NCBI GenBank assembly: GCA_963733295.1
Contig: CAVTCS010000015.1
Span: 1,038-65,037 of the forward strand
DNA: 64,000 bases
DNA from: Vulcanimicrobiota bacterium
Lineage (GTDB): Bacteria; Vulcanimicrobiota; Vulcanimicrobiia; Vulcanimicrobiales; Vulcanimicrobiaceae
Reading direction: 5' to 3'
Part shown: piece by piece, positions 52,869 to 62,899 of the stretch
Layout of the letters: the number at the start of each line of letters is the position of its first letter
How positions within the stretch are numbered: position 1 is the stretch's first letter
Notes under the pieces: generated by a model
The model's database searches: none
What the model saw: the letters and a program-made list of their open reading frames with translations, nothing else
Told to the model about the DNA's origin: nothing
Made by a program: the position numbers and the translations under genes

Positions 52869-53923
52869 TACGGAGCCTTTTCCTCAATGAGGTTGGCGAT
52901 CGCCATGGCCGTGGCGGGCGCCAACAAGATCGCGTTGCGGTAGTGTCCGGCAGCCACGAAGTAACCGTCGAGCTCCGTTCCCCCGATGAACGGGCGACCG
53001 TCCGGGGAACGCGGTCGCAGGCCGGCCCACGTCTCGTCGACCGCGAGCTCGCCGAGCGCGGGAATCGCGCGTACGGCAGCTTCGCGCAAACGCTCCGTCG
53101 CCGCCGGTTCGATGTCGACGTCGAATCCCGCGTCCTCGACGGTTTCGCCGATCAACACGCTTCCGTCGGTTCGCGGGATGACGTAAACCCCGGGAGCGGA
53201 CACCTGCCGTTTCAGCAACGGGCCCGGCAGCATGAACGAGAGCAGCTGACCCTTGACCGGCACGATCGGAATGCGCACGTGGGGCGGTACGCCTCTCAAT
53301 TGCCCGGCCCAGGCGCCGGCTGCGTTGACGACCGTTTCCGCGGCTACAAAATTCTCGCCCGCGCGCACTCCGCGAACTTTCTCGTCCGCCTCGAGAGCGA
53401 CGGGTCCCGTTTGCTCCTCGAGACGCACCCCGACGTCGACGCACGCCGCGCGCAAAGCGCGCCCAAGGTAACGCGTATCGATCTGGCCCTCGTCTTCAAC
53501 GAGAGAAGCGCCGGCGGTCGCCGGTCCGAGCGAAGGCTCGAGGCCGCGCGCTTCGTCGGGTTCGAACCAGTGCGCGTGGATCCCGCGGGCGACGAGCGCC
53601 TCGGCCCGTTCGCGCAAACGAACCGCGTCGAACTCGTCGAGCGCGACCTGAATGATTCCGTCGACGCGCATGCACGGGTCGATGCCCGTGCGCTTGTGTA
53701 ATTCCTTGACGAAAACTTGGTACGTACCGAGCGCTCCGGCCAAGAACTCTTCTTGTTCCGCGCCGCCTTCGGAGTCGCTGAACGGCGCAAGTCTTCCGGC
53801 GCCGGACCACGAGGACGGCCCCGATGAATCGAAGGCCTCGACGACGCGAACTTCGGCTCCGCGTTTTGCAAGCTCGTACGCAATGCTGAGACCGATAAGT
53901 CCCGCGCCGATGATGACGACCAT
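52868..53923 (-). CDS. FAD-dependent glycine/D-amino-acid oxidase (ThiO-like)
   Basis: 351 aa from ATG 53923. Begins MVVIIGAGLIGLSIAYELAKRGAEVRVVE and ends in GHYRNAILLAPATA, typical of the ThiO/DAO family. Its stop overlaps the bcp start by 1 nt. The upstream part of the listed 513-aa ORF is Arg-rich. Confidence 0.78.
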   Translation of the reverse strand: MVVIIGAGLIGLSIAYELAKRGAEVRVVEAFDSSGPSSWSGAGRLAPFSDSEGGAEQEEFLAGALGTYQVFVKELHKRTGIDPCMRVDGIIQVALDEFDAVRLRERAEALVARGIHAHWFEPDEARGLEPSLGPATAGASLVEDEGQIDTRYLGRALRAACVDVGVRLEEQTGPVALEADEKVRGVRAGENFVAAETVVNAAGAWAGQLRGVPPHVRIPIVPVKGQLLSFMLPGPLLKRQVSAPGVYVIPRTDGSVLIGETVEDAGFDVDIEPAATERLREAAVRAIPALGELAVDETWAGLRPRSPDGRPFIGGTELDGYFVAAGHYRNAILLAPATAMAIANLIEEKAP

Positions 53924-54216
53924 TCGCGCCCGTTCGCGAAGCGAACCGTTCCCACATCCGCGCGCTCTGCTTGCGCCAAGAAGTCCGAGAAGGCGGACGT
54001 TTGGGCCGGCACGGCCGGCCTTGCGTTTCGCGACGAAATTCGTTTCCGGGGCGAGGTCGATACCGGCCGGGGTGGAAGTTTCACCATCCCAATTAAGGAA
54101 AAACTTTAGAGAGTGACTCCCGGGAAAGCACCGCAGAGTACGCGAGACCGTCGCGCCGAGCCCGTCGGCCGGCCCCCGCGTGCCACGGCCGGCTCCCGAT
54201 CGGGTCAGATAGCCTC

Positions 54217-55545
54217 GTGATCCTTTTAAGGACGGGACTCCCCGCCGGGCAGGAACCTCGTGCCGATGCCGGGGTGACCGAAACCCGCGCCTGGGCGATC
54301 GACGACGTGCTCGATGCTGCGCTGACCACAACCGGCGCCGAGATCGCCGAGATTTTCCTTCGCGAGGGCGGCGTGACAAGCGTCTCCCTCGCGGGCTTTC
54401 GGGGCCCATTCCGCGAGGCGTTTTATCAGATCGCGCGCTTCGAGGAGGGACAAGGTTATCCGGGCCTCGTCATAGCGGGCGGTCGTCCGATCGCGGCTGC
54501 GGACGCTTTGAGTGACGGACGTTTCCTGCGAACGCTCGTCAAGGAACTTGGCTTTCGTTATTTCCTATGCGTACCGGTCCCCGGACCCGACCGACCGGTC
54601 GGGAGCCTCGGCGTGGCTTGGCGGCGCGGCTCGGACGCGCTCTTTTCGCACTGCGTGACGCTTTCGCGCGAAGCCGAGCGGCTCGCCTTGATGCTCGACC
54701 GTGAAGCGCGCGCGCACCGCTCCGCGAACGAAGTCCGCCTCGCACCCGGTCGCTTCGAGGAGACGGAACGGCTGCTCGAACTTCGGGTACTCGGGAGTTT
54801 CGAGGTGCGGCTCGGCGGGATTCCCCTGAGCATGGATTCCTTCGCGCGGCGGCGTGCCTTGACGCTGCTCAAGATTCTCCTGACCAACTACGGCAAAGTC
54901 GTCGCCCGCGACGAACTGATCGAGTTGCTTTGGCCCTCGGATGCTCCCAAGGACGCGGTCCAGTTGCTCAAGGGCGCGGTTCACTACTTGCGTCGCGGCC
55001 TCGGCGAGGTGCAGAGCGGAAAGCCCAAGACGTCCTTCATTCTGACTGAAGCAAACGGCTATGCCTTCAATCCCGCGTCCCTGCACCGCATCGACGCACT
55101 CGAGTTCAAGGCCCTCGCGGACGAAGGTCTTCGTTTCGAACGCCAAGGCCGCTGGCGTGAAGCGGTCGATGCGCTGCAGGGCGCAGCGCAGTTGTACGGC
55201 GGAGATTATCTCGAGGACGACCTCTACAGTGACTGGTGTTTGAAACAGCGCCGGCGCCTGCGGGAGACCCTTTTCGACGTCCTGCTGGCGGCCTCGCGTT
55301 TGCTGCGAAGCTCGGGAGACTACGAGGCGGCGATCCGTCTCTACCGCCGCATTCTCGAGCTGGACCCCTGCATGGAGGACGTGCACCGCGATTTCATGGA
55401 GGTGCTGTGCCGAAGCGGAAAGCGCACCCAGGCACTCCGCCAGTTCGAAGAGTGCCGCCGGGCGCTGCGGGAGGAATTCGACTCCAGCCCCACCCTCGAG
55501 ACCGAGGCGTTGTACCGGAGCATTCTGGGCCGCCTGAGTGGGTGA
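54217..55545 (+). CDS. Transcriptional regulator: GAF domain plus SARP-type winged-helix DNA-binding domain plus BTAD
   Basis: 442 aa. The N-terminal segment is GAF-like. LRVLGSFEVRLGGIPL...RRALTLLKILLTNYGKVVARDELIELLWP is the SARP/OmpR-type wHTH. The C-terminal helical BTAD contains DYEAAIRLYRRILELDPCMEDVHRDFMEVL. The start is uncertain. Confidence 0.75.
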   Translation: MILLRTGLPAGQEPRADAGVTETRAWAIDDVLDAALTTTGAEIAEIFLREGGVTSVSLAGFRGPFREAFYQIARFEEGQGYPGLVIAGGRPIAAADALSDGRFLRTLVKELGFRYFLCVPVPGPDRPVGSLGVAWRRGSDALFSHCVTLSREAERLALMLDREARAHRSANEVRLAPGRFEETERLLELRVLGSFEVRLGGIPLSMDSFARRRALTLLKILLTNYGKVVARDELIELLWPSDAPKDAVQLLKGAVHYLRRGLGEVQSGKPKTSFILTEANGYAFNPASLHRIDALEFKALADEGLRFERQGRWREAVDALQGAAQLYGGDYLEDDLYSDWCLKQRRRLRETLFDVLLAASRLLRSSGDYEAAIRLYRRILELDPCMEDVHRDFMEVLCRSGKRTQALRQFEECRRALREEFDSSPTLETEALYRSILGRLSG

Positions 55546-55574
55546 TCGCCAGACTGCTCTACGAGCGAGCTTGC

Positions 55575-55608
55575 GGAACCAAAATGGAACCGTTGAAAGC
55601 TACTTTCA
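55575..55608 (+). promoter_or_regulatory. Candidate regulator-binding sites upstream of the mobB-like/narC/narGHJI operon
   Basis: Direct repeat GGAACC (55575..55580) and GGAACC (55586..55591), spaced 11 bp centre to centre. It is followed by the palindrome TGAAAG-cta-CTTTCA (55594..55608). The sites lie 60-95 nt upstream of the ATG at 55669. Confidence 0.3.
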
Positions 55609-55668
55609 TCGCATGACGGGGATCATGCCTGGCGTCGCGCCCGGTCGCGCGTCGTCTGCGCATTTACC

Positions 55669-56139
55669 ATGAAGATCGTGGTGGTAGGCGGCAGCGCGTC
55701 AAACGTCGGCAAGACGACGCTCGCGTCGCGCCTCATCCGTCAGCACGCCGGCGGCGAATCGACGGTCGCGCTCAAAGTGAGCGTTCGCGAGAAGCCGTGC
55801 GAAACGACCGTTCTCACGCTGCGTTCCGGCGAGGAAGCCGAGCATCGGAAAGACACCGGGAGATTGCTCGACGCCGGCGCCGAGTGCGTGGTGTGGGTGA
55901 CGGTAAACCGGGGCTCCGTCCGAACCGGACTCGCGCGCGGTCTCGCAGCTGCGCGAAAGCTGCGCCCGTCGACGGTCGTCGTCGAATCGACCTCCGCCGG
56001 CATCGAACTCCAACGCATCAACGACTCGTGGTTCGTCGCGGGCGAGGGCGATTGGAAACCCTGGGCCGAGCGTCATCGCCGGCGAGCAGATCACGTCGTC
56101 CTCTCCGAAGAAGTTTTCGAAGCGGTGGCGGCGCGATGA
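55669..56139 (+). CDS. P-loop NTPase, MobB-like (molybdopterin-guanine dinucleotide biosynthesis adapter) candidate
   Basis: 156 aa. Contains KIVVVGGSASNVGKTTLASRL (Walker A), KDTGRLLDAGAECVVWV and VVVESTS, which parallel the MobB layout. Confidence 0.5.
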   Translation: MKIVVVGGSASNVGKTTLASRLIRQHAGGESTVALKVSVREKPCETTVLTLRSGEEAEHRKDTGRLLDAGAECVVWVTVNRGSVRTGLARGLAAARKLRPSTVVVESTSAGIELQRINDSWFVAGEGDWKPWAERHRRRADHVVLSEEVFEAVAAR

Positions 56140-56183
56140 TACCTAGTCCACACATCGTTGTCGAGGAAGGAAGACGATTCGTT

Positions 56184-57056
56184 ATGCGCATCCTCTTCGG
56201 TCGCGTTCGCCTCGTCCTTGTGGCGGCAGTTGCCACGTTCGCGCTGATCCCCGCGTACGCTTCGCAAGCGCGAGCTGACGACGGCGCCGCGATCTTCACT
56301 GCGAAATGCGCGGCCTGCCACACGATCGGAAAAGGCAAAACGGTCGGTCCCGACCTCAAGGGCGTGACGACCACCGAACCTGCCGCCTTTCTCACCAAGT
56401 GGGTCTCATCGCCGAGCGCTCTCGTCAAAGCCGGCGATCCAAAAGCGCTTGCGCTGGTCAAAGCGTATCCGCTGCAAATGCCCGACCTCGGCCTCTCTGA
56501 TGCCGACGTCGCGGCGGTGCTGGGATACATCGCCGCGCAATCCGGCGGCGCGGCGAGCGGAGCGGCTGCCGCTCCGGCCCCGGCGCTGCCGCCCGGCGAC
56601 GCAGCTGCAGGACGCGAACTCTTCGTCGGCGGCACTCCGTTCAAGAACGGCGGACCGCCCTGCATGTCGTGTCATAGCATCTCCGGGATCGGTGCGCTGG
56701 GCGGCGGCACGCTCGGTCCCGACCTGACCGACGCCTTCCAAGCGAACGGTGGAGCGACGGGACTCGCCTCGTTCCTGGGCGGCACACCTACTCCAACGAT
56801 GAGCGCGGTGTGGTCGAAGCATCCGATGACTCCGCAAGAGATTGCGAATCTGGTCGCATTCATCAAAGAGGGCGCGATCGCGCAGCGCGCCCCCGACACC
56901 ATCGCTCAGCTCGCGCTGCTCGCCCTGGCCGGAGTCGTCATACTCGTCGTAATCGGTGGGTTCTATTGGCGGCGGCGCCTACTCGGCGTTCGCATCCCGC
57001 TGGTAGCCCGCGCAAATATGCTATTTCGTCAACGCCGTAACGTCGGGAGGTCGTAA
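56184..57056 (+). CDS. Membrane-anchored diheme cytochrome c, NarC-like
   Basis: 290 aa from ATG 56184 (GAGGAAGGAAG upstream). It has a signal peptide, two CxxCH motifs (CAACH, CMSCH) and a C-terminal TM helix (LALLALAGVVILVVIGGFYW). It ends 3 nt before narG. Confidence 0.75.
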   Translation: MRILFGRVRLVLVAAVATFALIPAYASQARADDGAAIFTAKCAACHTIGKGKTVGPDLKGVTTTEPAAFLTKWVSSPSALVKAGDPKALALVKAYPLQMPDLGLSDADVAAVLGYIAAQSGGAASGAAAAPAPALPPGDAAAGRELFVGGTPFKNGGPPCMSCHSISGIGALGGGTLGPDLTDAFQANGGATGLASFLGGTPTPTMSAVWSKHPMTPQEIANLVAFIKEGAIAQRAPDTIAQLALLALAGVVILVVIGGFYWRRRLLGVRIPLVARANMLFRQRRNVGRS

Positions 57057-57059
57057 GGG

Positions 57060-60000
57060 ATGGGTTGGATTCAAGATCTGGTCGACCCGAAATCCCGTCG
57101 CTGGGAAGAATTTTACCGTAACCGCTGGCAGCACGACCAAGTCGTGCGCAGCACGCACGGGGTCAACTGTACCGGCGGCTGTTCGTGGGCGGTCTATGTA
57201 AAAGACGGCATCATCACGTGGGAGATGCAGCAGACGGACTATCCGCTGCTGGAGAAGGGGCTTCCGCCGTACGAGCCGCGCGGGTGTCAGCGAGGCATCT
57301 CGGCTTCCTGGTACGTCTACAGTCCCATCCGCGTCAAGTACCCGTACATCCGCGGTGCGCTGCTCGATTTTTGGCGCAAGGCCAAAGCTCAGCATTCCAA
57401 CCCGCTCGATGCCTGGGGTTCGATCGTGCAGGACGAGCAAAAGCGCAAGCGCTATCAGCGCGCCCGCGGTAAGGGCGGTTATCGCCGCACGAACTGGGAC
57501 GAAGTGCTGGAGCTGATCGCCGCCGCGACCCTCTACACGGCAAAGACGTGGGGACCCGATCGCATCTTCGGTTTCGCTCCGATCCCGGCGTTCTCGTTCG
57601 CGTCCTATGCGGGAGGCGCGCGCTACCTGCAGTTGCTGGGCGGCGTGAACATGAGCTTCTACGATTGGTACGCCGACCTGCCGAATTCGTTCCCCGAAGT
57701 GTGGGGCGACCAGACCGACGTCTGCGAGAGCGCCGATTGGTACAATTCGAGCTACATCGTCTCGATCGCCGCGAACCTCAACATGACGCGAACGCCGGAC
57801 GTGCACTTCATATCCGAAGCGCGGACCAACGGCAGCAAGTTCGTCGTGATTTCGCCGGACTTCAACCAGGTCGCCAAATACTCCGACATGTGGATCCCGG
57901 TCAAGGCCGGTCAGGACATGGCGCTCTGGATGGCGGTCAATCACGTCATCCTCAAAGAGTATCACCACGACCGCACGGTCCCGTACTTCGACCACTACGT
58001 GAAAAACTATACGGATGCGCCGTTCCTCGTCGAACTGACGGGCGACGCGAAGAGCGGGTACGCGGCCGGTCAACTCCTACGCGCCAACCGGATCGGCAAA
58101 TACGCCGACGTCGAGAACGGCGATTGGAAGATGCTGGTGATGGACCAGCAAAGCGGGCCGAAGATGCCCAAAGGCACCGTCGGCTTCCGCTGGGGCAAGA
58201 AGGGCAAGTGGAACCTCACGATGACGGACGGCCTGGACGATAGCCCTATCGATCCGGTGCTGACCTTCCTCGACAAACACGACGAAGTGCTCCAGGTCGA
58301 GTTCTACGAATTCGCCTCGAAGGCTCAACCGGTGCGCGGCGTACCGGTCCGTTACATAGAAACCGCCAAGGGCCGCGTCCCGGTCGCGACCGTCTTTGAC
58401 CTCTACATGGCGCACCACGGTATCGACCGCGGCCTGGGTGGAGAGTACCCGAAGAACTACGACGACCCCGTGTCGTACACGCCGGCTTGGCAAGAACAAT
58501 ATACCGGAATCGGCCGCGAAACCGTCACGCGCTTCGCGCGGGAGTTCGCGACGAACGCGGAGCTTACCAACGGCCGCTCGATGTGCATCGTCGGAGCGAG
58601 CCTCAATCACTGGTACAATAACGGGCTTTGTTACCGGGGCCCGATCAACGCCATGCTGTTCACCGGCTGCTGCGGCGTCAACGGCGGCGGCATGAACCAC
58701 TACGTCGGCCAAGAGAAGCTGGCACCGCAAGCACCCTGGGCTTCCATCACCTTCGCCCTCGACTGGCAGAAACCGCCGCGCAGAGTGCAGTCGCCGCTCT
58801 GGCATTACGTCAACAGCAGCCAGTGGCACTACGAAGGCGACTTCGGCGAGTACGCGGCGGTTCCGCCGAACCCACGCTTTGCCAAGGGCCACGCCATGGA
58901 CATCGCGCGAGACTCGGTCGTGCGCGGCTGGATGCCGTACCAGCCGCAGTTCGATCGCAACCCGCTGGACTTCGTACGCGAAGCCGAGGCGGCGGGTGCC
59001 AAGGACGATGCGGCCATCATCAAGACCGCGGTCGACCAGCTCAAATCGGGCAAGTTGAAGTTTGCGGTCGAGGATCCGGACAACGAGAAGAACTGGCCGC
59101 GCGTCTGGATGATCTGGCGCGGCAACGCGATCATGGCGAGCGCGAAGGGGCACGAATTCTTCCTCCGCCACTACTTGGGGACGCACGACAACGCGGTCGC
59201 CGAAGAGCACGCTAAAGGAAAGGTGAAGAAGGTAACCTTCGTCGAGCCCGCGCCGCGCGGCAAGTTCGACTTGGTCGTCGACATCAACTTCCGCATGGAT
59301 ACCTCGGCGTTGTATTCGGACATCGTTTTGCCGACCGCGATGTGGTACGAGAAGAACGATCTGAACTCGACCGACCTTCACTCGTTCATCCACGTGCTCG
59401 GCGCGGCCGTGCCGCCGGTCTGGGAATCGAAGAGCGATTGGGACATCTTCAAGACGCTCGCCAAGAAGGTCAGCGAGATGGCGCCCCTAGCCTTCCCCGA
59501 ACCGGTGAAGGACTTGGTTTCGATCCCGCTCATGCACGACACGCCCGACGAGATCCAGCAGCCGCAGGTGCTCGATTGGACCGCCGGCGAGTGCGAAGCG
59601 ATCCCCGGGAAGACGATGCCCCACCTGCGCGTCGTGACGCGCGATTACAACGACATCTACAATAAGTACATCGCGCTGGGTCCCAACATCAAGACCGACG
59701 GCATCAGTTCGAACGGGGTCCAGATTCCGGTCGCAAAGTTCTACGACCAGATGCTCCAGACGCCGGTCTCGCTAACGCCCGACACACGCCATTTGCGCTG
59801 TGTCGAGTGGAAGGGGCAGAAGTATCCGAGTCTCGAGGACGCGCTCGACGTCAGCAACACGATCCTTCATCTCGCGCCGGAAACGAACGGGGACGTGTCC
59901 TACGCCGCGTTCGAACACGAGCAGGAGATCGTCGGTCTCCCGCTTACCGACTTGGCCGAAGGCATCCGCAGCGTACGCATGACGTTCGGCGATCTCACTC

Positions 60001-60701
60001 GCCAAGTGAAGCGCCTGCTCATCAGCCCGTGCTGGACCGGCATGGTCAACGATGGCCGGGCCTACTCGGCGTGGTGCATGAACGTCGAACGCTTGGTTCC
60101 CTGGCGCACGCTAACCGGACGTCAGCAACTGTACATGGATCATCCGTGGTACATCGACTTCGGCGAGCACTTCATGACGTACAAGCCCAAGCTCGATCCG
60201 CACAAGACGGGCGACATCGTCGTGAGCCCGGTGGACGACAAGAGCCTCATCCTCAACTACATCACGCCGCACGGGAAGTGGCACATCCACTCGACGTACT
60301 ACGACAACCTTCGCATGCTGACGCTGTCGCGCGGAATCGAGCCGTGCTGGATCAACGACAAGGACGCGGCCCGAATAGGGATCGTCGACAATCAGTGGGT
60401 CGAAGTCTATAACGACAACGGGGTAATGGTCACGCGCGCGGCCGTCAGCGCGCGCGTGCAGCCCGGAACCTGCATGATCTATCATGCGCCCGAACGCACC
60501 ATCTCGATGCCCAAATCCCAGGTCCGCGGCGGACGGCGCGCCGGCGGACACAACAGCCTGACGCGCACTCGCATGAACCCGCTCCAAGTCGCCGGCGGAT
60601 ATGCGCAGTGGTCGTACGGTTTCAACTACTGGGGACCCATCGGGATCATGACCCGCGACACGCACGCAGTCGTGCGTGCGCTCGAAAAACTGGAGTGGTA
60701 A
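57060..60701 (+). CDS. narG: Respiratory nitrate reductase alpha subunit
   Basis: 1213 aa. N-terminal [13 protein letters not shown]0-cluster motif and an intact full-length Mo-bisPGD catalytic subunit. Confidence 0.96.
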   Translation: MGWIQDLVDPKSRRWEEFYRNRWQHDQVVRSTHGVNCTGGCSWAVYVKDGIITWEMQQTDYPLLEKGLPPYEPRGCQRGISASWYVYSPIRVKYPYIRGALLDFWRKAKAQHSNPLDAWGSIVQDEQKRKRYQRARGKGGYRRTNWDEVLELIAAATLYTAKTWGPDRIFGFAPIPAFSFASYAGGARYLQLLGGVNMSFYDWYADLPNSFPEVWGDQTDVCESADWYNSSYIVSIAANLNMTRTPDVHFISEARTNGSKFVVISPDFNQVAKYSDMWIPVKAGQDMALWMAVNHVILKEYHHDRTVPYFDHYVKNYTDAPFLVELTGDAKSGYAAGQLLRANRIGKYADVENGDWKMLVMDQQSGPKMPKGTVGFRWGKKGKWNLTMTDGLDDSPIDPVLTFLDKHDEVLQVEFYEFASKAQPVRGVPVRYIETAKGRVPVATVFDLYMAHHGIDRGLGGEYPKNYDDPVSYTPAWQEQYTGIGRETVTRFAREFATNAELTNGRSMCIVGASLNHWYNNGLCYRGPINAMLFTGCCGVNGGGMNHYVGQEKLAPQAPWASITFALDWQKPPRRVQSPLWHYVNSSQWHYEGDFGEYAAVPPNPRFAKGHAMDIARDSVVRGWMPYQPQFDRNPLDFVREAEAAGAKDDAAIIKTAVDQLKSGKLKFAVEDPDNEKNWPRVWMIWRGNAIMASAKGHEFFLRHYLGTHDNAVAEEHAKGKVKKVTFVEPAPRGKFDLVVDINFRMDTSALYSDIVLPTAMWYEKNDLNSTDLHSFIHVLGAAVPPVWESKSDWDIFKTLAKKVSEMAPLAFPEPVKDLVSIPLMHDTPDEIQQPQVLDWTAGECEAIPGKTMPHLRVVTRDYNDIYNKYIALGPNIKTDGISSNGVQIPVAKFYDQMLQTPVSLTPDTRHLRCVEWKGQKYPSLEDALDVSNTILHLAPETNGDVSYAAFEHEQEIVGLPLTDLAEGIRSVRMTFGDLTRQVKRLLISPCWTGMVNDGRAYSAWCMNVERLVPWRTLTGRQQLYMDHPWYIDFGEHFMTYKPKLDPHKTGDIVVSPVDDKSLILNYITPHGKWHIHSTYYDNLRMLTLSRGIEPCWINDKDAARIGIVDNQWVEVYNDNGVMVTRAAVSARVQPGTCMIYHAPERTISMPKSQVRGGRRAGGHNSLTRTRMNPLQVAGGYAQWSYGFNYWGPIGIMTRDTHAVVRALEKLEW

Positions 60702-60734
60702 CACCGATCATGTCGATCGTAAGGAGCCTCTAAC

Positions 60735-62237
60735 ATGGACATACGCGCGCAAGTATCGATGGTGTTCCATCTCGACAAGTGCATCGGCTGCCACACTTGC
60801 AGTATTGCCTGCAAGAACATCTGGACCGACCGTAAGGGCACCGAGTACATGTGGTGGAACAACGTGGAGACGAAGCCCGGGACGGGCTATCCGACTACGT
60901 GGGAAGATCAAGACAAATACAAGGGCGGCTGGGTAAAAGACGGCGATAAGCTGCGCTTGCGTCTGCAAGGCCGGGCTGAAGGTTTGGGTAACATCTTCTT
61001 CAATCCGAATCTGCCGACGATCGACGACTACTACGAGCCGTGGACGTACCAGTACGACGAGCTGTTCAATGCACCGGAGGGTGACGACCAGCCGACCGCG
61101 CGTCCCATTTCCTTGATCACCGGGAAACCGATGGACATCGAAGCGGGACCGAACTGGGACGACGATCTCGGCGGTTCGCCGATTTATGCCAGCAACGACG
61201 TAAATCTCGAGAAATTGACCGATCACGAGCGCGAACAGCTCAACGAAGTCGAGCGCCTCGTGTTCTTCTATCTGCCGCGCATTTGCAACCACTGCCTGAA
61301 CCCGGCCTGCGTGGGTGCGTGCCCGTCCGGCGCGATCTACAAACGTGGTGAAGACGGCATCGTCCTCATCAGCCAAGAAAAGTGCCGCGCTTGGCGCATG
61401 TGCGTCTCGGGTTGCCCCTACAAGAAGACGTACTACAACTGGTCGACCGGCAAATCCGAGAAGTGCATCCTGTGCTACCCGCGCTTGGAAACGGGACAGG
61501 CTCCGGCCTGCTTCCACTCCTGCGTGGGGCGCATCCGCTACCTAGGGCTGCTGCTCTACGATGCCGATGGGATTCGGGATGCCGCTTTGAACAAGGACGA
61601 AGATCTGGTGATGGCGCAGCGCAACATCATTCAAGATCCGTTCGATCCGTTCATCATCGCCGCGGCCAAAGCAAACGGCGTCACCGATCAGCAGATCACC
61701 GCCGCGCAGAACTCGCCGGTGTTCAAGTTCGTCAAGAAGTGGGGCCTCGCGCTTCCGCTTCACCCCGAGTTCCGCACCCTGCCGATGCTGTTCTACGTGC
61801 CGCCGATGTTGCCGGTGCTCGGGAAGATGAAAGAGGGCATCTACGACAGTTCGGGCGTCGAAGGCCTCGGGCAGATGCTGAGTTCGCTCGAGCAAGCTCG
61901 TATTCCGATTCGCTACATGGCAAGCTTGTTCACAGCGGGCAACGAGGAAATCATCAGAGAGGTCTACCGCAAGCAGATCGCGGTCCGCTTGTACAAGCGG
62001 TCGCAGCGGGTTAAGGACATTTCCGCCGCGGAAGCGCAAGAGGCGCTCCAAATCGGAAAGACCACTCCGGAAGAAGCCGAGGCGATCTTCAACCTCACGT
62101 CGTTGCCGACGTTTGAGGAACGCTTCGTCATTCCGGCGTTCGCTCGCGAAGAGGCGATCGAACAAGCCCTCGATCCCTACACCCATAAGCCTGCGGCAGG
62201 TTTCGGCTATCGCGAGGCACCCGCTCGCAGATGGTAG
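60735..62237 (+). CDS. narH: Respiratory nitrate reductase beta subunit
   Basis: 500 aa with ferredoxin-type clusters (CIGCHTCSIACK, CNHCLNPACVGACPSGA, CRAWRMCVSGCPY). Confidence 0.96.
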   Translation: MDIRAQVSMVFHLDKCIGCHTCSIACKNIWTDRKGTEYMWWNNVETKPGTGYPTTWEDQDKYKGGWVKDGDKLRLRLQGRAEGLGNIFFNPNLPTIDDYYEPWTYQYDELFNAPEGDDQPTARPISLITGKPMDIEAGPNWDDDLGGSPIYASNDVNLEKLTDHEREQLNEVERLVFFYLPRICNHCLNPACVGACPSGAIYKRGEDGIVLISQEKCRAWRMCVSGCPYKKTYYNWSTGKSEKCILCYPRLETGQAPACFHSCVGRIRYLGLLLYDADGIRDAALNKDEDLVMAQRNIIQDPFDPFIIAAAKANGVTDQQITAAQNSPVFKFVKKWGLALPLHPEFRTLPMLFYVPPMLPVLGKMKEGIYDSSGVEGLGQMLSSLEQARIPIRYMASLFTAGNEEIIREVYRKQIAVRLYKRSQRVKDISAAEAQEALQIGKTTPEEAEAIFNLTSLPTFEERFVIPAFAREEAIEQALDPYTHKPAAGFGYREAPARRW

Positions 62238-62866
62238 CTGGCCCGAGCACGCTCCACGAGTCGCGGGTTCTCGAGCTTTTCGCAGATCTGCTCGAGTACC
62301 CGCGCTCCGACGTGGCGCAAACCGCGCGCGAGTGCCGTGACCTCGTTGCGGAAGAAAGTCCCGAGGCGGCGAAGCTCCTCGGTCAGTTTGTGGTGTTCGC
62401 CGAGCGAACGGCGCAGGACACGATCGAGGAGATCTTCACCGCCACCTTCGATTTGAACGCGTCGTGCCACCCGTACGTCGGGTATCACATGTTCGGCGAA
62501 GCCTACCAACGCAGCGCGTTGCTGCTCGAACTCAAAGATCGTTTCAGGGTTCGTGGTTTCGATCCGGGAGTCGAACTGCCGGATCACATCGCGGTACTGT
62601 TGCGCTTCATGTCGATATGTACCGACGACCCCGAAGCTAATGTGGAAATCGGCCGGGAAGCACTGTTGCGAACGCTCGAGCCGATGACCCTCGTACCCGA
62701 GGCCGAACCAGTCGAAGGCGACCAGGAGGTGCCGGAGGTCTTCGACATAGGCAACGACTATCGTCGTGTGCTGCAAGCCCTAATGCTGGTTCTTCAAGCG
62801 CGCTACGGTGCACCCGTTCAGCTCGAACACATACCCATCCCGGATCCGGAGCGCCTGGTTTCGTAA
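62231..62866 (+). CDS. narJ: Nitrate reductase molybdenum cofactor assembly chaperone
   Basis: 211 aa. Positioned between narH and narI, with the NarJ-like motif HPYVGYHMFGEAYQRSALLLELK. Confidence 0.85.
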   Translation: MVAGPSTLHESRVLELFADLLEYPRSDVAQTARECRDLVAEESPEAAKLLGQFVVFAERTAQDTIEEIFTATFDLNASCHPYVGYHMFGEAYQRSALLLELKDRFRVRGFDPGVELPDHIAVLLRFMSICTDDPEANVEIGREALLRTLEPMTLVPEAEPVEGDQEVPEVFDIGNDYRRVLQALMLVLQARYGAPVQLEHIPIPDPERLVS

Positions 62867-62899
62867 ACGCATAGAAGCTCGGAACAAGCGGAGGAATCC

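Noticed and set aside
53924-54216. TPP, glycine or cobalamin riboswitch in the 290-nt leader of the thiO-like gene.
   Set aside because: I looked on the minus strand for the TPP CUGAGA core, glycine-aptamer GGAGAG...CACCGAAGGGGCAA elements and a B12 box. None is present. Only a vague GGUGAAA-like segment was seen. The leader remains unexplained, but I cannot support a riboswitch call.
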